A stretch of DNA of 64,000 nt from Anthoceros angustus (taxonomy: Eukaryota > Plantae > Anthocerotophyta), in assembly GCA_010909165.1 (NCBI GenBank), contig MU008155.1, positions 2,418,001-2,482,000 on the forward strand, written 5' to 3'. Shown here in pieces: positions 1 through 11,860 of this stretch. The first letter of the stretch is position 1, and each line of letters begins with the position of its first letter. The notes under the pieces are model-generated. The model saw only the letters and a list, made by a program, of their open reading frames with translations, searched no databases and was not told where the DNA came from. The translations under genes and the position numbers were made by a program.

Positions 1-897
1 GTAAGGTGGTGTTTAGTTGCTAGCTTGCACACTAATAGCAAGTTCTTGGTCATTGCAGCACGTGGAGACGCCATTAATGGTGAGCGGCTCTCCATCTTCC
101 CTTCCCTTCCCTATACGATGGCTTCACGATAAGCTCACATGCATAGAATAAATATTATTTTGATAAATTAAAATAATGTACAGATATAAACTAATATTTA
201 CATAAATCATGAATATTACTATTTTCATTTAGATATTATAAACTTAATCAGATTGTACTATAATAAATACTAAAATACAATATAGTAACCCTTTACCTAT
301 TGAAAAACTTATTTAATAATCTATTAATAAATAAAATCTCAAACTCATCGAAATATGGGACATGGGGCATGGAACTCGTTTTTCTATTTGGGCTATATAT
401 GTATGTGAGCCCCACCATCTATATTCAAACATGATATATCCAATCTCATTGTATGATAAAGAATACTATGGGACATAGTGCATGAACCACATCGAGAGCG
501 TCTCAAGGGGTCCCTTGAGTGCCGGTGCAATGATTACCTCGAAAGTGATTGTAAGGTGGTGTTTAGTTGCTAGCTTGCACACTAATAGCAAGTTCTTGGT
601 CATTGCAGCACGTGGAGGCGCCATTAATGGTGAGCGCTCTTCCCTTCCCTTCCCTATACGATGGCTTCACGATAAGCTCACATGCATAGAATAAATATTA
701 TTTTGATAAATTAAAATAATGTACAGATATAAACTAATATTTACATAAATCATGAATATTACTATTTTCATTTAGATATTATAAACTTAATCAGATTGTA
801 CTATAATAAATACTAAAATACAATATAGTAACCCTTTACCTATTGAAAAACTTATTTAATAATCTATTAATAAATAAAATCTCAAACTCATCGAAAT

Positions 898-1119
898 ATG
901 GGACATGGGGCATGGAACTCGTTTTTCTATTTGGGCTATATATGTATGTGAGCCCCACCATCTATATTCAAACATGATATATCCAATCTCATTGTATGAT
1001 AAAGAATACTATGGGACATAGTGCATGAACCCATTTTTCCTATTTGGGCTATATATGTATGTGAGCCCCACTATATTCAAACATCATATATCCAATCTTG
1101 ATGTATGCTAAAGAATATC
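898..1119. repeat. ~113-bp direct dimer (ATGGGACAT...TTTGGGCTATATATGTATGTGAGCCCCA...AAAGAAT); three copies at ~28911-29246
   Basis: ATGGGACAT starts at ~898 and ~1011. Each monomer holds a GGGCT..AGCCC inverted repeat around TATATA. Confidence 0.9.
930..1070 (+). promoter_or_regulatory. Candidate promoter of ORF-A (two TGGGCT site-II-like motifs, each followed by TATATA)
   Basis: TTTGGGCTATATAT occurs twice, ~230-345 bp upstream of the ORF-A ATG. Motif match only. Confidence 0.3.
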
Positions 1120-1276
1120 ATTATCACCCATTCTTTTGAATTTTATTAGAATGTTTAGTTTTCTCATCGGTTCTCTCTTGAGGTTATCATTAGTTTGATC
1201 TTTGTAGAGTTACCTATCCATATTCCTTTGGGTTCTTTCTTTATTCTTATTTGCCTTTGGTCCTTTCTAGTCTATT

Positions 1277-2290
1277 ATGGCTAATGATGATGCTCCGTTA
1301 GCGTTGTACCTTACACATGGGTGGACAGATTCCTAGAATCGGATGCCCACATTGGTTTCTACATTGAAGACGCAAGGAAGCATGAGGATGAGGCTGGTGA
1401 TGCTCCTTCCTTACCTTGGAACTTCCAAGCTAAAGACCCTTCCGGACCGCTTTCTAAGTATACCTTGAAGCTGGTAGACGTGGTCGATTTGATCATGGAA
1501 GTCAAGCAAAGAAGACCTCAACCACAGCCTCCCACCATGGCTGATCTAGAAAGGATGATGACGACTGTGGTGGCGGAAGCACCACCATCCCTAAGGCGCA
1601 ACAAAATAGCGAGCAATGGGAGTGAGGCGTCGCCACATGGTGATGGAGGAGGTCCGGACACGAGGTATCACGGAGTGCATTGGCATTCTATTCACAAGTC
1701 GATAATGTGTATCCGATGGCACGCTACGTGACTCACCTTCCAAGAAGTTCCACGAGTTCATTTGGGCGATTCGAAAAGGACATAGATGCAGCGGATTAAG
1801 GACTTGGTGCAAATCAAGTTGTTTTATGTGGCTTCAAGCGTCGAATACGAGTGAAGCTCAACTTCAAAGATCCCGCATCCTTAGAGACATATCTACGATT
1901 ACGCAGACGGATTGGGTGGCCATCACAGTTGGCGGAAGTAATAGGGTTTGTGAGGATGGAAGTTCAACAAAGCGCAAATTCTTCTCCGTAGTGCATGCGG
2001 AGGCCTTCCACATGGTGTGTATATCGGAGAAGAAGAGATGAAACAACTGCAGATGTGCCAAAAGATGCTCGTAGGAGACCACATATGAGGCTTTCGTTTT
2101 GAGAAAGTCAAGGCCAAATAGGTACAGTCCAAGTTGTTGAGGTTGAGGGGCACACCATTCTAGCACCAAAACCTACAATTGTTGGTATAAAAAGAGGAAG
2201 CTGGAAAAGCATCGTAGTAAAGGCGATCATAATGGGGGTACACTCAAGGAGCTCAATCATCCCTCACAGATTATTTGGTTGAGCTTGAAT
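1277..2290 (+). CDS. ORF-A, unknown protein of ~330 aa when stitched across copies (frameshifted in this assembly)
   Basis: Starts with TATTATGGCT after a T-rich leader. Protein-like segments recur in all copies: MANDDAPLALYLTHGW, FLESDAHIGFYIEDARKHEDE, SLPWNFQAKDPSGPLSKYTLKLVDVVDLIMEVKQRRPQP, MVMEEVRTRGITECIGILFTSR, VKLNFKDPASLETYL, EVIGFVRMEVQQ, QVVEVEGHTILAPKPTIVGIK. Stop position uncertain. Confidence 0.45.
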
Positions 2291-2399
2291 CACGAAGTTC
2301 GATTGGGTAGCTACAACACATAGCTGAGAAGTGCTCTGGCTCTCAGGCTGCGAGGAAGAAATCCTTGGTTCATCCATCCATCCGGCTCCGAACCCACAA

Positions 2400-2800
2400 G
2401 AAAGTACTCTAGCGCCTTGAGCTCACAAGAAAGTATTTGAGCGCCTTCAAACTCACGGGACCAATACTTTAGTGCCTTCCAACTCACAGGATAATAGTCT
2501 AGCGCCTTCAAACTCACGGGACCCATACTCCTCTCTTCCAACTTACGAGGATAATACTCTAGCGCCTTCAAACTCATAGAAAAATATTCTAGTGCCTTCC
2601 AACTCAGGATAATACTCTAGCGCCTTCAAACTCACAGGACCCATACTCGCCTTCCAACTTACGAGGATAATACTCTAGCGCCTTCAAACTCATAGAAAAA
2701 TATTCTAGTGCCTTCCAACTCACAGGATAATACTCTAGCGCCTTCAAACTCACGGAAAAATATATTTGGCTCCTTCTTAGATCCATTGTTAAATACTCTA
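2400..2800. repeat. 30-bp minisatellite (consensus GGATAATACTCTAGCGCCTTCAAACTCACA), expanded in this copy
   Basis: Tandem diverged monomers in fixed order. Other blocks at ~4272, 9368, 13598, 22606, 26520, 30545, 35540, 37286, 38895, 44401, 49155, 53058 and 58875. The - strand reads as 10-aa repeats LKALEYYPVS. Confidence 0.95.
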
Positions 2801-2919
2801 ACGCCTTGGACTCACACTAGGGAGTTCAACACGTCATGGCTCACTCACCGGGAGGTCACTATGTGAGAAACTTTGCCGAGCAATTGGAGCAACATAAGTC
2901 GCCAAGGGAGTGGATCGGC

Positions 2920-3170
2920 GCATTGGGAGAGGGAAAAGGGCATGAGGATCGGGAGAGAGAAGGGAAGGAAAGAGGTAGGTATGTAGAGAAGATATGGGTG
3001 AAAAAGGATAACATGAGAAAACAATATAAATATGGAAGATGAAGAGAAGGGAAAATGGGAAAATGGGAAGGGAGAAACAAAAGAAATGAGAGGATATGGA
3101 GAAATAGTAAAGAATCTTCCTCTTGAGCGAGGAATGTTTTATTGAAAGGCAAAAAAAAATGGTATATATA
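2920..3170. other. Purine-rich (GA) tract ending in A-run plus TGGTATATATA (representative)
   Basis: Strong strand asymmetry. On the - strand it reads TATATATA followed by a CT-rich stretch. Confidence 0.8.
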
Positions 3171-3198
3171 CGGCCGAGTGAGTTGTAAGCATCATCGA

Positions 3199-4030
3199 GC
3201 TTGAGAATGCCGAAACTTACTCAACTATATCAAATGCTATTAAACATTGTTTCGTCTTACCTTGCAACGTGCCTAAACCTCACTTTGATCAGCCTAAGAC
3301 CCCCATCTCCACAACACTCCCCTCGCGATCCGGTTCTTCGTTCTCGCGCCATGGCGTCCATCGGGCATGCTTCTCTGCAATGTTCTCGGCATCCTCTCGA
3401 CCATCCGGTGGCTTCTCAAGCTCGCGACTCACCCGATCTCAATGAGCCAAAAATTGAAAGCCTCGAGCAAGGGAGTAGCCAGCAGATCCGAAAAGAGCGC
3501 GGGTGTTCCAGCAAGAGCGCAGCTTGCGGTCGGCCGCAAGATGCATGGCGGGCGTAAGTATAGAAAGGTTTAGAATTGCGAACTCCAACCTTTGCCTCCG
3601 GATGACGGTGAGAAGAGCTTATGAAGAGTGGTGATCAAGGTGTCTTGGCGAGTCAACGTCTTCCCCTCAAGGTTGGGGAGCTCGAGCTCCATCACCCGGA
3701 TAAGCTTCCTTGCTCGTAGTCCTATACCTCTTACATGCTTCTCGTGGAGTACCTTGGTGTGCCTTGGTGAGCAGGTCGATTTATCGCCCTTGATGTCGAC
3801 ATCTTGGCCAAGCTCGCTTATGAGCAACCACATGGGATGAAATGGTGTTGTATCTCCACATGTTTGGTCCTTGTGTGCGAGGGGTTGGGTTGTAGGTCAT
3901 GGCAATTGCATCTTGATGGTCGCATAGTAGTTTGGTTGGTTGATCCTGCTCCTCACGGATGTCGCTCAGAATTGTCGAATCAAGGAATCTCCTTTTGCCG
4001 CTAGGGAAGTTCTTTGCATACTCCGGTGGA
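3199..4030 (-). mobile_element. Copia remnant in unit (LTR plus partial RNase H), truncated by a junction back into ORF-A
   Basis: PTKLLCDHQDAIAMTYNP RNase H motif; PPT CTTCCCCTCAA at ~3660. Confidence 0.85.
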
Positions 4031-4940
4031 GGGGCACACCATTCTAGCACCAAAACCTACAATTGTTGGTATAAAAAGAGGAAAATGGAAAAGCATACGG
4101 CGATCATAATGGGGTCAGATGATACCAAGGAGCTCAATCATCCCTCACAGTTATTTGGTTGAGCTTGCTTCAGTTCGATTGGGTGGCTACACCGCATAGC
4201 CGGTGAAGTGCTCGCTCTCGGACGCAGGAAGAAATCCTTGGTTCATCCATCCATCCGGCTCCGAACCCACAAGAAAGTACTCTAGCGCCTTGAGCTCACA
4301 AGAAAGTATTTGAGCGCCTTCAAACTCACGGACCAATACTTTAGTGCCTTCCAACTCACAGGATAATAGTCTAGCGCCTTCAAACTCACAGGACCCATAC
4401 TCTCGCCTTCCAACTTACGAGGATAATACTCTAGCGCCTTCAAACTCATAGAAAAATATTCTAGTGCCTTCCAACTCACAGGATAATACTCTAGCGCCTT
4501 CAAACTCACGGAAAAATATATTTGGCTCCTTCTTAGATCCATTGTTAAATACTCGCCCGGACTCACACTAGGGAGTTCAACACGTCATGGCTCACTCACC
4601 GGGAGGTCACTATGTGAGAAACTTTGCCGAGCAATTGGAGCAACATAAGTCGGGAGTGTGGATCGGCGCATTGGGAGAGGGAAAAGGGCATGAGGATCGG
4701 GAGAGAGAAGGGAAGGAAAGAGAGAGGTATGTAGAGAAGATATGGGTGAAAAAGGATAACATGAGAAAACAATATAAATATGGAAGATGAAGAAGGGAAA
4801 ATGGGAAAATGGGAAGGGAGAAACAAAAGAAATGAGAGGATATGGAGAAATAGTAAATCTTCCTCTTGAGCGAGGAATGTTTTATTGAAAGGCAAAAAAA
4901 AATGGTATATATACACGGCCGAGTGAGTTATAGCTATCGA

Positions 4941-5397
4941 TGTTGAGAATGCCGAAACTTACTCAACTATATCAAATGCTATTAAACATTGTTTCGTCTT
5001 ACCTTCGCGTGCCTAAACCTCACTTTGATCAGCCGTCTAAGACCCCCATCTCCACAACACTCCCCTGTTCGATCCGGTTCTTCGTTCTACGCCGCCATGA
5101 CGTCCATCGTGCATGCTTCTCTGCAATTTCCTCGGCATCCTCTCGACCATCCGGTGGCTTCTCAAGCTCGCGACTCACCCGATCTCAATGAGCCAAAAAT
5201 TGAAAGCCTCGAGCAAGGGAGTAGCCAGCAGATCCGAAAAGAGCGCGGATGTTCCGCAAGAGCTTGCGGTCGGCCGCAAGATGCATGGCGGGCGTAAGTA
5301 TAGAAAGGTTTAGAATTGCGAACTCCAACCTTTGCCTCCGGATGACGGTGAGAAGAGCTTATGAAGAGTGGTGATCAAGGTGTCTTGGCGGTCAACG
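4941..5397 (-). mobile_element. Putative 3' LTR (~457 bp) of the unit-embedded Copia (representative)
   Basis: Bounded by TGTTGA (4941) and TCAACG (5392-5397), and directly adjacent to a PPT-like TTGAGGGGAAG on the - strand that follows the RNase H C-terminus. Confidence 0.6.
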
Positions 5398-5398
5398 T

Positions 5399-5409
5399 CT
5401 TCCCCTCAA
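5399..5409 (-). other. Polypurine tract of the unit-embedded Copia
   Basis: The - strand reads TTGAGGGGAAG-A-CGTTGA, close to the common Copia TTGAGGGGGAG-TGTTGA junction. Confidence 0.6.
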
Positions 5410-5444
5410 GGTTCCGGGGAGCTCGAGCTCCATCACCCGGATAA

Positions 5445-6354
5445 GCTTCCTTGCTCAGTCCTATACCTCTTACATGCTTCTCGTGGAGTACCTTGGGTAC
5501 TGCCTTGGTGAGCGTGTCGATTTGTTATCGCCAGATGTCGACATCGTAGGCGCTGCTGAGCAACCACCGTGGGATGAAATGGTGTTGTATCTCCACATGT
5601 TTGGTCCTTGTGTGGTTGGGTTGTAGGTCATTGCATCTTGATGGTCGCATAGTAGTTTGGTTGGTTGATCCGCTCCTCCGGATGTCGCCAGAATTGTCGA
5701 ATCCAAGGAATCTCCTTTTGCCGCTAGGGAAGTTGCATACTCCGCCGGTGGAGGCATAGCAAGCAATTGCATCCCTGTGAGACTAACCCGTTGTTGAGGA
5801 TCATGCGGTAGCTGCGGTAGACTTGCGTGCATCCGGATCTCCCGATGCATTTGAGTAGGAGGTTAACTAGTACAAGCTTCTGGAAGTGGTGTTTTGTATA
5901 CAAGTCCAAGGGATTTGCAGCCCTTCAAGTAGCGGAGGATGCGCTTGACGCTAGTCCAGGGCTCTCCCATGGTTGGAGAGGTATCTTGATGCAATATTCA
6001 CGACTGTGACATGTCCGCTGGTCCACATTGCCAAATAGAGTAGGCTAGCCATACAGCCTCGGTAGGGCACTTGGGACATCTCATGAGCTTCTTACGGGTT
6101 GTGGGGCGATCCATGGATAGCTTCTCGGAAGCAATAGGAGTGGAGACGGGCTTGGCATCGCTCGGCTTCAATCTCTCCAAGACAGTCGGCCAGTGTCGCG
6201 GATGAACAAGGCGCTGCAGAGGGTGTGCATGAACGCACATCGAGAGCGCATCAAGGGGTCCCTTGAGTGCGACGGTGCAATGATTACCTACGAAAGTGAT
6301 TGTAAGGTGGTGTTTAGTTGCTAGCTTGCACACTAATAGCAAGTTCTTGGTCAT
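5445..6354 (-). pseudogene. Ty1/Copia pol 3' fragment (C-terminal RT plus RNase H)
   Basis: Motifs across copies: ERLKxSDAKPVSTP, EEAHEMSQVP, VNIASRYLSNHG, VKRILRYLKG..LGLVY, GDPDARKST, SSTEAEY, LLCDHQDAI, RTKHVEIQHHFI, LTKA.KVLHEKHVRGIGL. Confidence 0.9.
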
Positions 6355-7025
6355 TGCAGGCGCGTGGAGAACGCCATTAATGGTGAGCTCTCCATCTTCC
6401 CTTCCCTTCCCTATGATGGCTTCACGATAAGCTCACATGCATAGAATAAATATTATTTTGATAAATTAAAATAATGTATGATATAAACTAATATTTACAT
6501 AAATCATGAATATTACTATTTTCATTTAGATATTATAAACTTAATCAGATTGTACTATAATAAATACTAAAATACAATATAGTAACCCTTTACCTATTGA
6601 AAACTTATTTAATAATCTATTAATAAATAAAATCTCAAACTCATCGAAATATGGGACATGGGGCATGGAACTCGTTTTTCTATTTGGGCTATATATGTAT
6701 GTGAGCCCCACCATCTATATTCAAACATGATATATCCAATCTCATTGTATGATAAAGAATACTATGGGACATAGTGCATGGAACCCATTTTTCCTATTTG
6801 GGCTATATATGTATGTGAGCACTATATTCAAACATCATATATCCAATCTTGATGTATGCTAAAGAATATCATTATCACCCATTCTTTTGAATTTTATTAG
6901 AATGTTTAGTTTTCTCGCCGGTTCTCTCTTGAGGTTATCATTAGTTTGATCTTTGTAGTTACCTATCCATATTCCTTTGGGTTCTTTCTTTATTCTTATT
7001 TGCCTTTGGTCCTTTCTAGTCTATT

Positions 7026-7980
7026 ATGGCTAATGATGATGCTCCGTTAGCGTTGTACCTTACACATGGGTGGAATGATTCCTAGAATCGGATGCCCACA
7101 TTGGTTTCTACATTGAAGACGCAAGGAAGCATGAGGATGAGGTGGTGACGCTCCTTCCTTACCTTGGAACTTCCAAGCTAAAGACCCTTCCGACCGCTTT
7201 CTAAGTATACCTTGAAGTTGGTAGGCGTGGTCGATTTGATCATGGAAGTCAAGCAAAGAAGACCTCAACCACCTCCCACCATGGTGATCTAGAAAGGATG
7301 ATGGCGATCGTGGTGGCGGGCACACCATCCCTAAGGCGCAACAAAATAGCGAGCATTGGGAGTGAAGACGTCGACTGCGGGCATGGTGATGGAGGAGGTC
7401 CGGACCACGAGGTATCACGGAGTGCATTGGCATTCTATTCACAAGTCGTATAATGTGTATCGATGGCACGCTACGTCAACTCACCAACTCGTGAAGAAGT
7501 TCCACCAGTTCATTTGGGGCGGTTGAAAGGACATAGATGCGGCCATTCGGGACTTGGTGCAAATCAAGTTGTTTTATGTGGCTTCAAGCGTCGAATCGAG
7601 TGAAGCTCAACTTCAAAGATCCCGCATCCTTAGAGACATATCTCGATTACGTGGATTGGGTGGCCATCACAGTTGGAAGTAATAGGGTTTGTGAGGATGG
7701 AAGTTCAACAAAAGCGCAAATTCTTCTCCGTAGTGCATGCGGAGGCCTTCCACATGGTGTGTATATCGGAGAAGAAGAGATGAAACAACTGCAGATGTGC
7801 CAAAAGATGCTCGTAGGAGACCACATATGAGGCTTTCGTTTTGAGAGCAGTCAAGGCCAAATAGGTGCAGTCCAGAAGTTGTTGAGGTTGAGGGGCACAC
7901 CATTCTAGCACCAAAACCTACAATTGTTGGTATAAAAAGAGGAAGTGGAAAAGCATCAATAGTAAAGCGATCATAATGTA
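7026..7980 (+). CDS. ORF-A copy (3' end joined back to spacer)
   Basis: Same sequence as 1277-2290. Confidence 0.4.
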
Positions 7981-8266
7981 AATGTATGATAAAGAATACT
8001 ATGGGACATAGTGCATGGAACCCATTTTTCCTATTTGGGCTATATATGTATGTGAGCCCCACTATATTCAAACATCATATATCCAATCTTGATGTATGCT
8101 AAAGAATATCATTATCACCCATTCTTTTGAATTTTATTAGAATGTTTAGTTTTCTCATCGGTTCTCTCTTGAGGTTATCATTAGTTTGATGTCAGAGAGT
8201 TACCTATCCATATTCCTTTGGGTTCTTTCTTTATTCTTATTTGCCTTTGGTCCTTTCTAGTCTATT

Positions 8267-9262
8267 ATGGCTAATGATGATGCTCCGTTAGCGTTGTACC
8301 TTACACATGGGTGGATGATTCCTAGAATCGGATGCCCACATTGGTTTCTACATTGAAGACGCAAGGAAGCATGAGGATGAGGTGGTGACGCTCCTTCCTT
8401 ACCTTGGAACTTCCAAGCTAAAGACCCTTCCGGACCGCTTTCTAAGTATACCTTGAAGTTGGTAGACGTGGTCGATTTGATCATGGAAGTCAAGCAAAGA
8501 AGACCTCAACCATGCCCTCCCACCATGGTGATCTAGAAAGGATGATGACGATCGTGGTGGAAGCACCACCATCCCTAAGGCGCAACAAAATAAATTGGGA
8601 GTGAAGACGTCTTTAATGTGCATGGTGATGGAGGAGGTCCAACGAGGTATCACGAGTGCATTGGCATTCTATTCACAAGTCGTATAATGTGTATCGATGG
8701 CACGCCACGTCGACTCACTCGGCAAGAAGTTCCACCAGTTCATTTGGGGCGTCAAAAGGACATAGATGCGATTCTGGGACTTGGTGCAAATCAAGTTGTT
8801 TTATGTGGCTTCAAGCGAATACGAGTGAAGCTCAACTTCAAAGATCCGCATCCTTAGAGACATATCTACAGGCTCGCAACATCGGATTGGGTGGCCATCA
8901 CAGTTGGCGAAGTAATAGGGTTTGTGAGGATGGAAGTTCAACAAAAGCGCAAATTCTTCTCCGTAGTGCATGCGGAGGCCTTCCACATGGTGTGTATATC
9001 GGAGAAGAAGAGATGAAACAACTGCAGATGTGCCAAAAGATGCTCGTAGGGAGACCACATATGAGGCTTTCGTTTTGAGAACAAGGCCAAATAGGTAGGT
9101 CCAAGTTGTTGAGGTTGAGGGGCACACCATTCTAGCACCAAAACCTACAATTGTTGGTATAAAAAGAGGAAGTGGAAAAGCATACGACCAAAGGCGATCA
9201 TAATGGGGTCAGATGATACCAAGGAGCTCAATCATCCCTCACAGTTATTTGGTTGAGCTTGA
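8267..9262 (+). CDS. ORF-A copy
   Basis: Same sequence as 1277-2290. Confidence 0.4.
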
Positions 9263-10042
9263 GCTTCACCGAAGTTCCAGTTGGGTAGCTACCCATAGCG
9301 AAGTGCCGCTCGCTCAGGCTGCAGAAGAAATCCTTGGTTCATCCATCCATCCGGCTCCGAACCCACAAGAAAGTACTCTAGCGCCTTGAGCTCACAAGAA
9401 AGTATTTGAGCGCCTTCAAACTCACAGGACCAATACTTTAGTGCCTTCCAACTCAGGATAATAGTCTAGCGCCTTCAAACTCAGGACCCATACTCTCGCC
9501 TTCCAACTTACGAGGATAATACTCTAAGCGCCTTCAAACTCATAGAAAAATATTCTAGTGCCTTCCAACTCACGGATAATACTCTAGCGCCTTCAAACTC
9601 CACGGAAAAATATATTTGGCTCTTCTTAGATCCATTGTTAAATACTCTAACGCCGGACTCACACTAGGGAGTTCAACACGTCATGGCTCACTCACAGGGG
9701 AGGTCACTATGTGAGAAACTTTGCCGAGCAATTGGAGCAACATAAGTCGCCAAGGGTGTGGATCGCATTGGGAGAGGGAAAAGGGCATGAGGATCGGAGA
9801 GAGAAGGGAAGGAAAGAGAGAGGTATGTAGAGAAGATATGGGTGAAAAAGGATAACATGAGAAAACAATATAAATATGGAAGATGAAGAGAAGGGGAAAA
9901 TGGGAAAATGGGAAGGAGAAACAAAAGAAATGAGAGGATATGGAGAAATAGTAAAGAATCTTCCTCTTGAGCGAGGAATGTTTTATTGAAAGGCAAAAAA
10001 ATGGTATATATACACGGCCGAGTGAGTTGTAATCATCATCGA

Positions 10043-11860
10043 GCTTGAGAATGCCGAAACTTACTCAACTATATCAAATGCTATTAAACATTGTTTTACG
10101 TCTTACCTTCCCATGGCGTGCCTAAACCTCACTTTGATCACCTCTAAGACCCCCATCTCCACAACACTCCCCTCGTTCGATCCGAGTTCTTCGTTCTCGC
10201 CGCCATGACGTCCATCGGGCATGCTTCTCTGCTGTTCCTCGGCATCCTCTCGACCATCCGGTGGCTTCTCAAGCTCGCGACTCACGATCTCACTATGAGC
10301 CAAAAATTGAAAGCCTCGAGCAAGTGGAGTAGCGAGCCGAGATCCAGTTCGCATAAGGCCTTGCGGTCGGCCGCAGATGCATGGCGGGCGTAAGTATAGA
10401 AAGGTTTAGAATTTGAACTCCAACCTTTGCCTCCGGATGGCGGTGAGAAGAGCTTATGAAGAGTGGTGATCAAGGTGTAAGTCAGCGTCTTCCCTCAAGG
10501 TTCGCCGAGGGAGCTCGAGCTCCATCACCCGGATAAGCTTCCTTGCTCGGTGTCCTATACCTCTTACATGCTTCTCGTGGAGTACCTTGACCGTGCCTTG
10601 GTGGCGGTCGATTTGTTATCGCCAGATGTCGACATCACCAAGCTTATGAGCAACCAACACATGGGATGAAATGGTGTTGTATCTCCACATGTTTGGTCCT
10701 TGTGTGCGGGTTGGGTTGTAGGTCATAGCAATTGCATCTTGATGGTCGCATAGTAGTTTGGTTGGTTGATCCTGCTCCTCACGGATGTCGCTCGAGAATT
10801 GTCGAATCCAAGGAATCTCCTTTTGCCGCTAGGGAAGTTCTTGCATACTCCGCCGGTGGAGGACGGGCCATGCAAGCAATTGCATCCCTGTGAGACTAAC
10901 CCGTTGTTGAGGATCATGCGATGCTGCGGTAGACTTGCGTGCATCCGGATCTCACCGATCTGCATTTGAGTAGGAGGTTAACTAGTACAAGCTTGCTGGA
11001 AGTGGTGTTTTGTATACAAGTCCAAGGGATTTGCAGCCCTTCAAGTAGCGGAGGATGCGCTGACGCTAGTCCGATGGGCTCTCCCATGGTTGGAGAGGTA
11101 TCTTGATGCAATATTCACGACTGTGACATGTCCGCCCGGTCCACATTGCCAAATAGAGTAGGCTAGCAGCCCGGCCTCTGAGGGGCACTTGGGACATCTC
11201 ATGAGCTTCTTACGAGTTGTGGGGTCATGGCGGATAGCTTCTCCGGAAGCAATAGGAGTGACGGGCTTGGCATCGCTCGGCTTCAATCTCTCCGGCGCGG
11301 TGTCACAGCGGATGAACAAAAGCTGCCGGGGTATGCATGAGCGCACATCGAGAGGCGTCCAAGGGGCACCCTTCAAGTAGCGGAGGATGCGCTGACGCTA
11401 GTCCAAAGGGCTCTCCCATGGTTGGAGAGGTATCTTGATGCAATATTCACACTGTGACATGTCCGGCCCGGTCCACATTGCCAACAGTAGGCTAGCCGCC
11501 CACGGCCTCGGCCAGAGGGCACTTGGGACATCTCATGAGCTTCTTCCGAGGGCGCCATCGGCGGATAGCTTCTCCGGAAGCAATAGGAGTGGAGACTTGG
11601 CATCGCTCGGCTTCAATCTCCGGAAGTGTCGACGGTTGTCCCGACGGATGAACAGGCGCCGCGAATGCATGAACGCACATCGAGAGCGCATCAAGGGGTC
11701 CCTTGAGTGCCGACGGTGCAATGATTACCTACGAAAGTGATTGTAAGGTGGTGTTTAGTTGCTAGCTTGCACACTAATAGCAAGTTCTTGGTCATTGCAG
11801 CACGTGGAGAACGCCATTAATGGTGAGCAGCTCTCCATCTTCCCTTCCCTTCCCTATACG
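10043..11860 (-). mobile_element. Copia RT-RH-LTR remnant with internal ~330-bp duplication
   Basis: Same motifs as 5445-6354; segment ~11035-11365 is repeated. Confidence 0.85.

Larger units (their letters stand above)
690..1276. other. AT-rich spacer of the unit (representative copy)
   Basis: An extremely A/T-rich block is followed by the 113-bp dimer and a T-rich leader. It is nearly identical in all copies. Confidence 0.9.

Noticed and set aside
1400-2180. Spliced - strand gene across ORF-A (TGTAG acceptor ~2175, AAG|GTAAG donor ~1415)
   Set aside because: The - strand frames have stops in conserved non-CG positions and lack a start context. The + strand reading is better supported, though not proven.
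2222-2250. GCGATCATA as the start of a 5S rRNA gene (tandem 5S array or Cassandra element)
   Set aside because: The match ends after ~9 nt, with no 5S internal boxes or downstream similarity.
2400-2800. 30-bp repeats as a CRISPR array
   Set aside because: Monomers are contiguous with no unique spacers, there are no cas genes, and the context is eukaryotic TE sequence.
2859-3152. Hydrophobic ORF MPFNKTFLAQEEDSLLFLHILSFLLF... as a membrane protein
   Set aside because: It is a by-product of the CT-rich low-complexity strand; several frames give similar F/L/S/P text.
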